This document shows positions 61,541 to 64,000 of a DNA stretch of 64,000 nt, one piece after another. Where the stretch lies: NCBI GenBank assembly GCA_028534125.1, contig CM052818.1, forward strand, positions 5,458,001 to 5,522,000, given 5' to 3'. This DNA comes from Lama glama. Lineage: Eukaryota. Both the position numbers and the translations under genes were made by a program. The notes below the pieces were generated by a model. That model saw only the letters and a program-made list of their open reading frames with translations. It had not been told where the DNA came from and made no database searches. The stretch's first letter is position 1; every line of letters begins with the position of its first letter.

Positions 61541-63330
61541 TAAGTACTCCCTGAGCAACGCAACACCATGTTTTGTCCTGAGCACACAGCTTCCCTCCAT
61601 GTGGCCTCACAGCACTCATCAGAAATCATCTTGGGAGAGCTAAACCTAAGGTGGCCTTATGGGCTCATGGGTGCTGGCCCCACAGATAAAGGACAGTGAG
61701 GTGGCCTAAGAGTGCCCTGTGGCAGCAGGGTGCCCATGTCCATACAGGCATGGAAGCCAACCCAGTTATCACTGGAGTGGGCAATTCCGGACTCTCAAGT
61801 ACCCAGATCATGGTCTAGAAGAGAAGAAATGGGTCTGTGTGGCAATATCCACTTGGCCCCACCAATCCCTGCCCCAACTCAACAGGAGAGGACTCAACAG
61901 AGGACAGTCAGAGTGAGGCCATCAAAGCCTGGGGCCCAGGGCAGAACCTGTCCTACTGTGGTTTAACAAGGACAATCCAACCTCCTAAACACATATTCTC
62001 TAGAAAGTCTCCTAGGCATCACAGACAAAAGTGAATTCTCTCTTTTTCTTTCTTCTCACCCTCCTTAGAGATAAATACCACTTTAAAATTTTAATGATTC
62101 TTTTAGAGACTAGGTATGAATATACCTACTAGGGCTTGCTTGTCATTTCCTCCAGTTAGGAACAATGCTGTGTAACTTTTTACGGCAGATTACCTAATAC
62201 AATCCCCAGCACATTCGCAGGCATAAAAATCCATGATAATAAATGTTGATTTTGGACCTCTGTTCAAAAATTACCTAATATTTTTGCATATAGTATGTAA
62301 AAATTATACCATGGACATGTATCTACAGAAGACTATAGATGCTTTTGATCCCAACTGCACTAGTTGGTTACTAAGCACACTTACTTCCCTGGAATCACCT
62401 CTCTGCTAGGCCCATGCCCAGTACACCATGTGACTGTCTGGTTTTCCTCATCAAGCTTCACAGAGGGATTTAATCCTTTACCAGCTTTTGAAATTGAATG
62501 ATTTCAGTTGTGCAAAAGTCCCAAATACATGAGTTTATGGATCAATAAAAGGAGCTCACAGTTTCTGCCTTTTCTGGTTTCACATCACAGTATACTGATT
62601 TCAGTGAGTTATTTTGGGTTTTTACCTAATTGGTCTTTTACTTTAAGCTTCTTTCCATTGAAAACTCTAGAAAACAGTTTGTAAGAATTGAAATTGCCAG
62701 AAAATTCAACCCTATAAATGAAAAAAAAATAAGCTGATAGAAAAAGTACGTATTTCTAGGTTGAATATCTGACTGGAAAGCAGGAATAAAGTAAAATTGT
62801 TCAAGGTAAATTTCTGCATGTTGGACACTAGCAACCAACAATAAGCAAGACAATTCCTTATCATTAATGTTTATGGGTCTTTTTTTTTTTCCTAACAGGT
62901 ACAGAATCTCAAGGCACTGAGGCAATTTTCCCTTTACAAAGTAGAATTAGCTTTTCATCCTCCTCCTGCCTCCCCGCATTAACCATCTCCCCAGCGGCTA
63001 CACACAAGAACCATTTATATTTACATTAAAAATGATTTGGCCTATGTACACTGCACTGTTTGACAGGAAAGATGGATGTTCATTTATAATTAAATTTCAG
63101 CATAAATGACATCATTCAGGAAGATAAGTGTTCCCTTATTCCCTCTCTGCTGGTTTTCTCATAGGACACTGTGGGTTGTGTGTAGACTTTGATGATTTTT
63201 CTAGACCTTCTCATCAATAGACACTTCTGCAGCAACTCAAGTTACCTCTGAAAATCAGAAGGAAATTTTTCCTAATTCATCAGGTATCTCTTGGTTTTTC
63301 ACTTCTGTACAAAGACGACGAGGTGTAGAG

Positions 63331-63495
63331 CCTCACTACTCAAAGTATGGTCTGTGGGCCAGTAATAGAGGCATTACCTGGAAACTTATCAGAAGTGGAG
63401 GATTTTATGGCCCCTCAGACCTGTGGAATCAAAATCTGTATTTAAAAAGTACCCCCAGATGAGTTTTCTGCATGTGACAGTTTGAGAAATGCTGG
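63331..63495. mobile_element. hAT-Charlie MITE, MER5B/MER5A-like
   Basis: ctactcaaagtatggtc...cattacctggaaactt...gaatcaaaatctgtattt...agtttgagaaatgctgg. Confidence 0.75.
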
Positions 63496-63879
63496 CATAA
63501 GAGATATACATATATATGTCCAATGGGCAGCTTTGTGAATCGGATCCATTGTTTAGGTTTTTTCCTGCCTTTATGCATCAGGCTTTGAGGGCTAAGTTTT
63601 CAGACTTCCATATACTTATTCCCCTTACTGTAGTAAAAGAACTAGGAGAACTATAAGATTATTTTTGCCTTGGTAATTCTCATATTATTCTGTGCGGGCA
63701 ACCTAATCTTCCCATACTGAAGCTACAGGGCAGCAACCGTACAAGAGGGTATTATTCCGCCTCTACTGTATACTGAGTACATTTCAGATATTATACCACA
63801 TATGAAGGAGATGGTGTTACTAAGATGTGTAAGGCATCATCCCTGCCAACAAGAGGTATTTGTTTCTTTTCTGTTTATT

Positions 63880-64000
63880 TGTTCCTTGTCCGTCACCATC
63901 ACGGGACTGTAAACTCCAACAAGTCAGGAGTCGTGCTGTTCACTGTTGTTCCTGCGACTCCTTCCACAATGCCTAACACATGCTAGGTGCTCAAAAAATT
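63880..64000 (+). mobile_element. L2 3' end
   Basis: gactgtaaactcc...gttcactgttgttcc...acaatgcctaacacatgctaggtgctcaa. Confidence 0.8.

Noticed and set aside
62880..62904. Second recursive-splice-like site (poly(T)-cctaacag|gtacag); likewise 29497-29505
   Set aside because: The donor halves (GTACAG, GTATTG) are weak; more simply chance acceptor-like sequence.
1..64000. A novel multi-gene system, CRISPR array or prokaryotic/viral operon
   Set aside because: The DNA is mammalian, repeat-rich and nearly non-coding. There is no repeat-spacer array, no ORF cluster, and no long ORF outside L1.

Overview
Mammalian non-coding DNA, very probably camelid (Camelus/Vicugna/Lama), judged from two tRNA-derived SINEs resembling camelid Vic-1 (31284-31462, 46830-46937). 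Much of the window is transposable-element debris: a near full-length ancient L1MC-type LINE (21163-27742, minus), several young 5'-truncated L1s (three with twin-priming inversions), MLT1 and ERV1-class LTRs, hAT/Tc2 DNA transposons, L2 and MIR fragments, and microsatellites. No complete host gene is present. The best host-exon candidate is a CpG-enriched, splice-site-bounded segment at 1851-2105 (minus), next to a repeat-free, 3'UTR-like 1.85 kb; I cannot name the gene. Several repeat-free blocks with Hox/Pbx/Meis-type motifs look like enhancers in a long intron or gene desert. I find no supportable previously undescribed biological system. The most interesting signals are a recursive-splice-site-like AG|GTAAGT motif (38990-38998), an exon framed by splice sites on both strands, and unusual L1 integration structures (mini 3' transduction, nested insertion at an inversion junction, L2-bearing insert inside an L1MC). 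Repeat family names come from recalled consensus sequences, not a search. Boundaries of old repeats are approximate.
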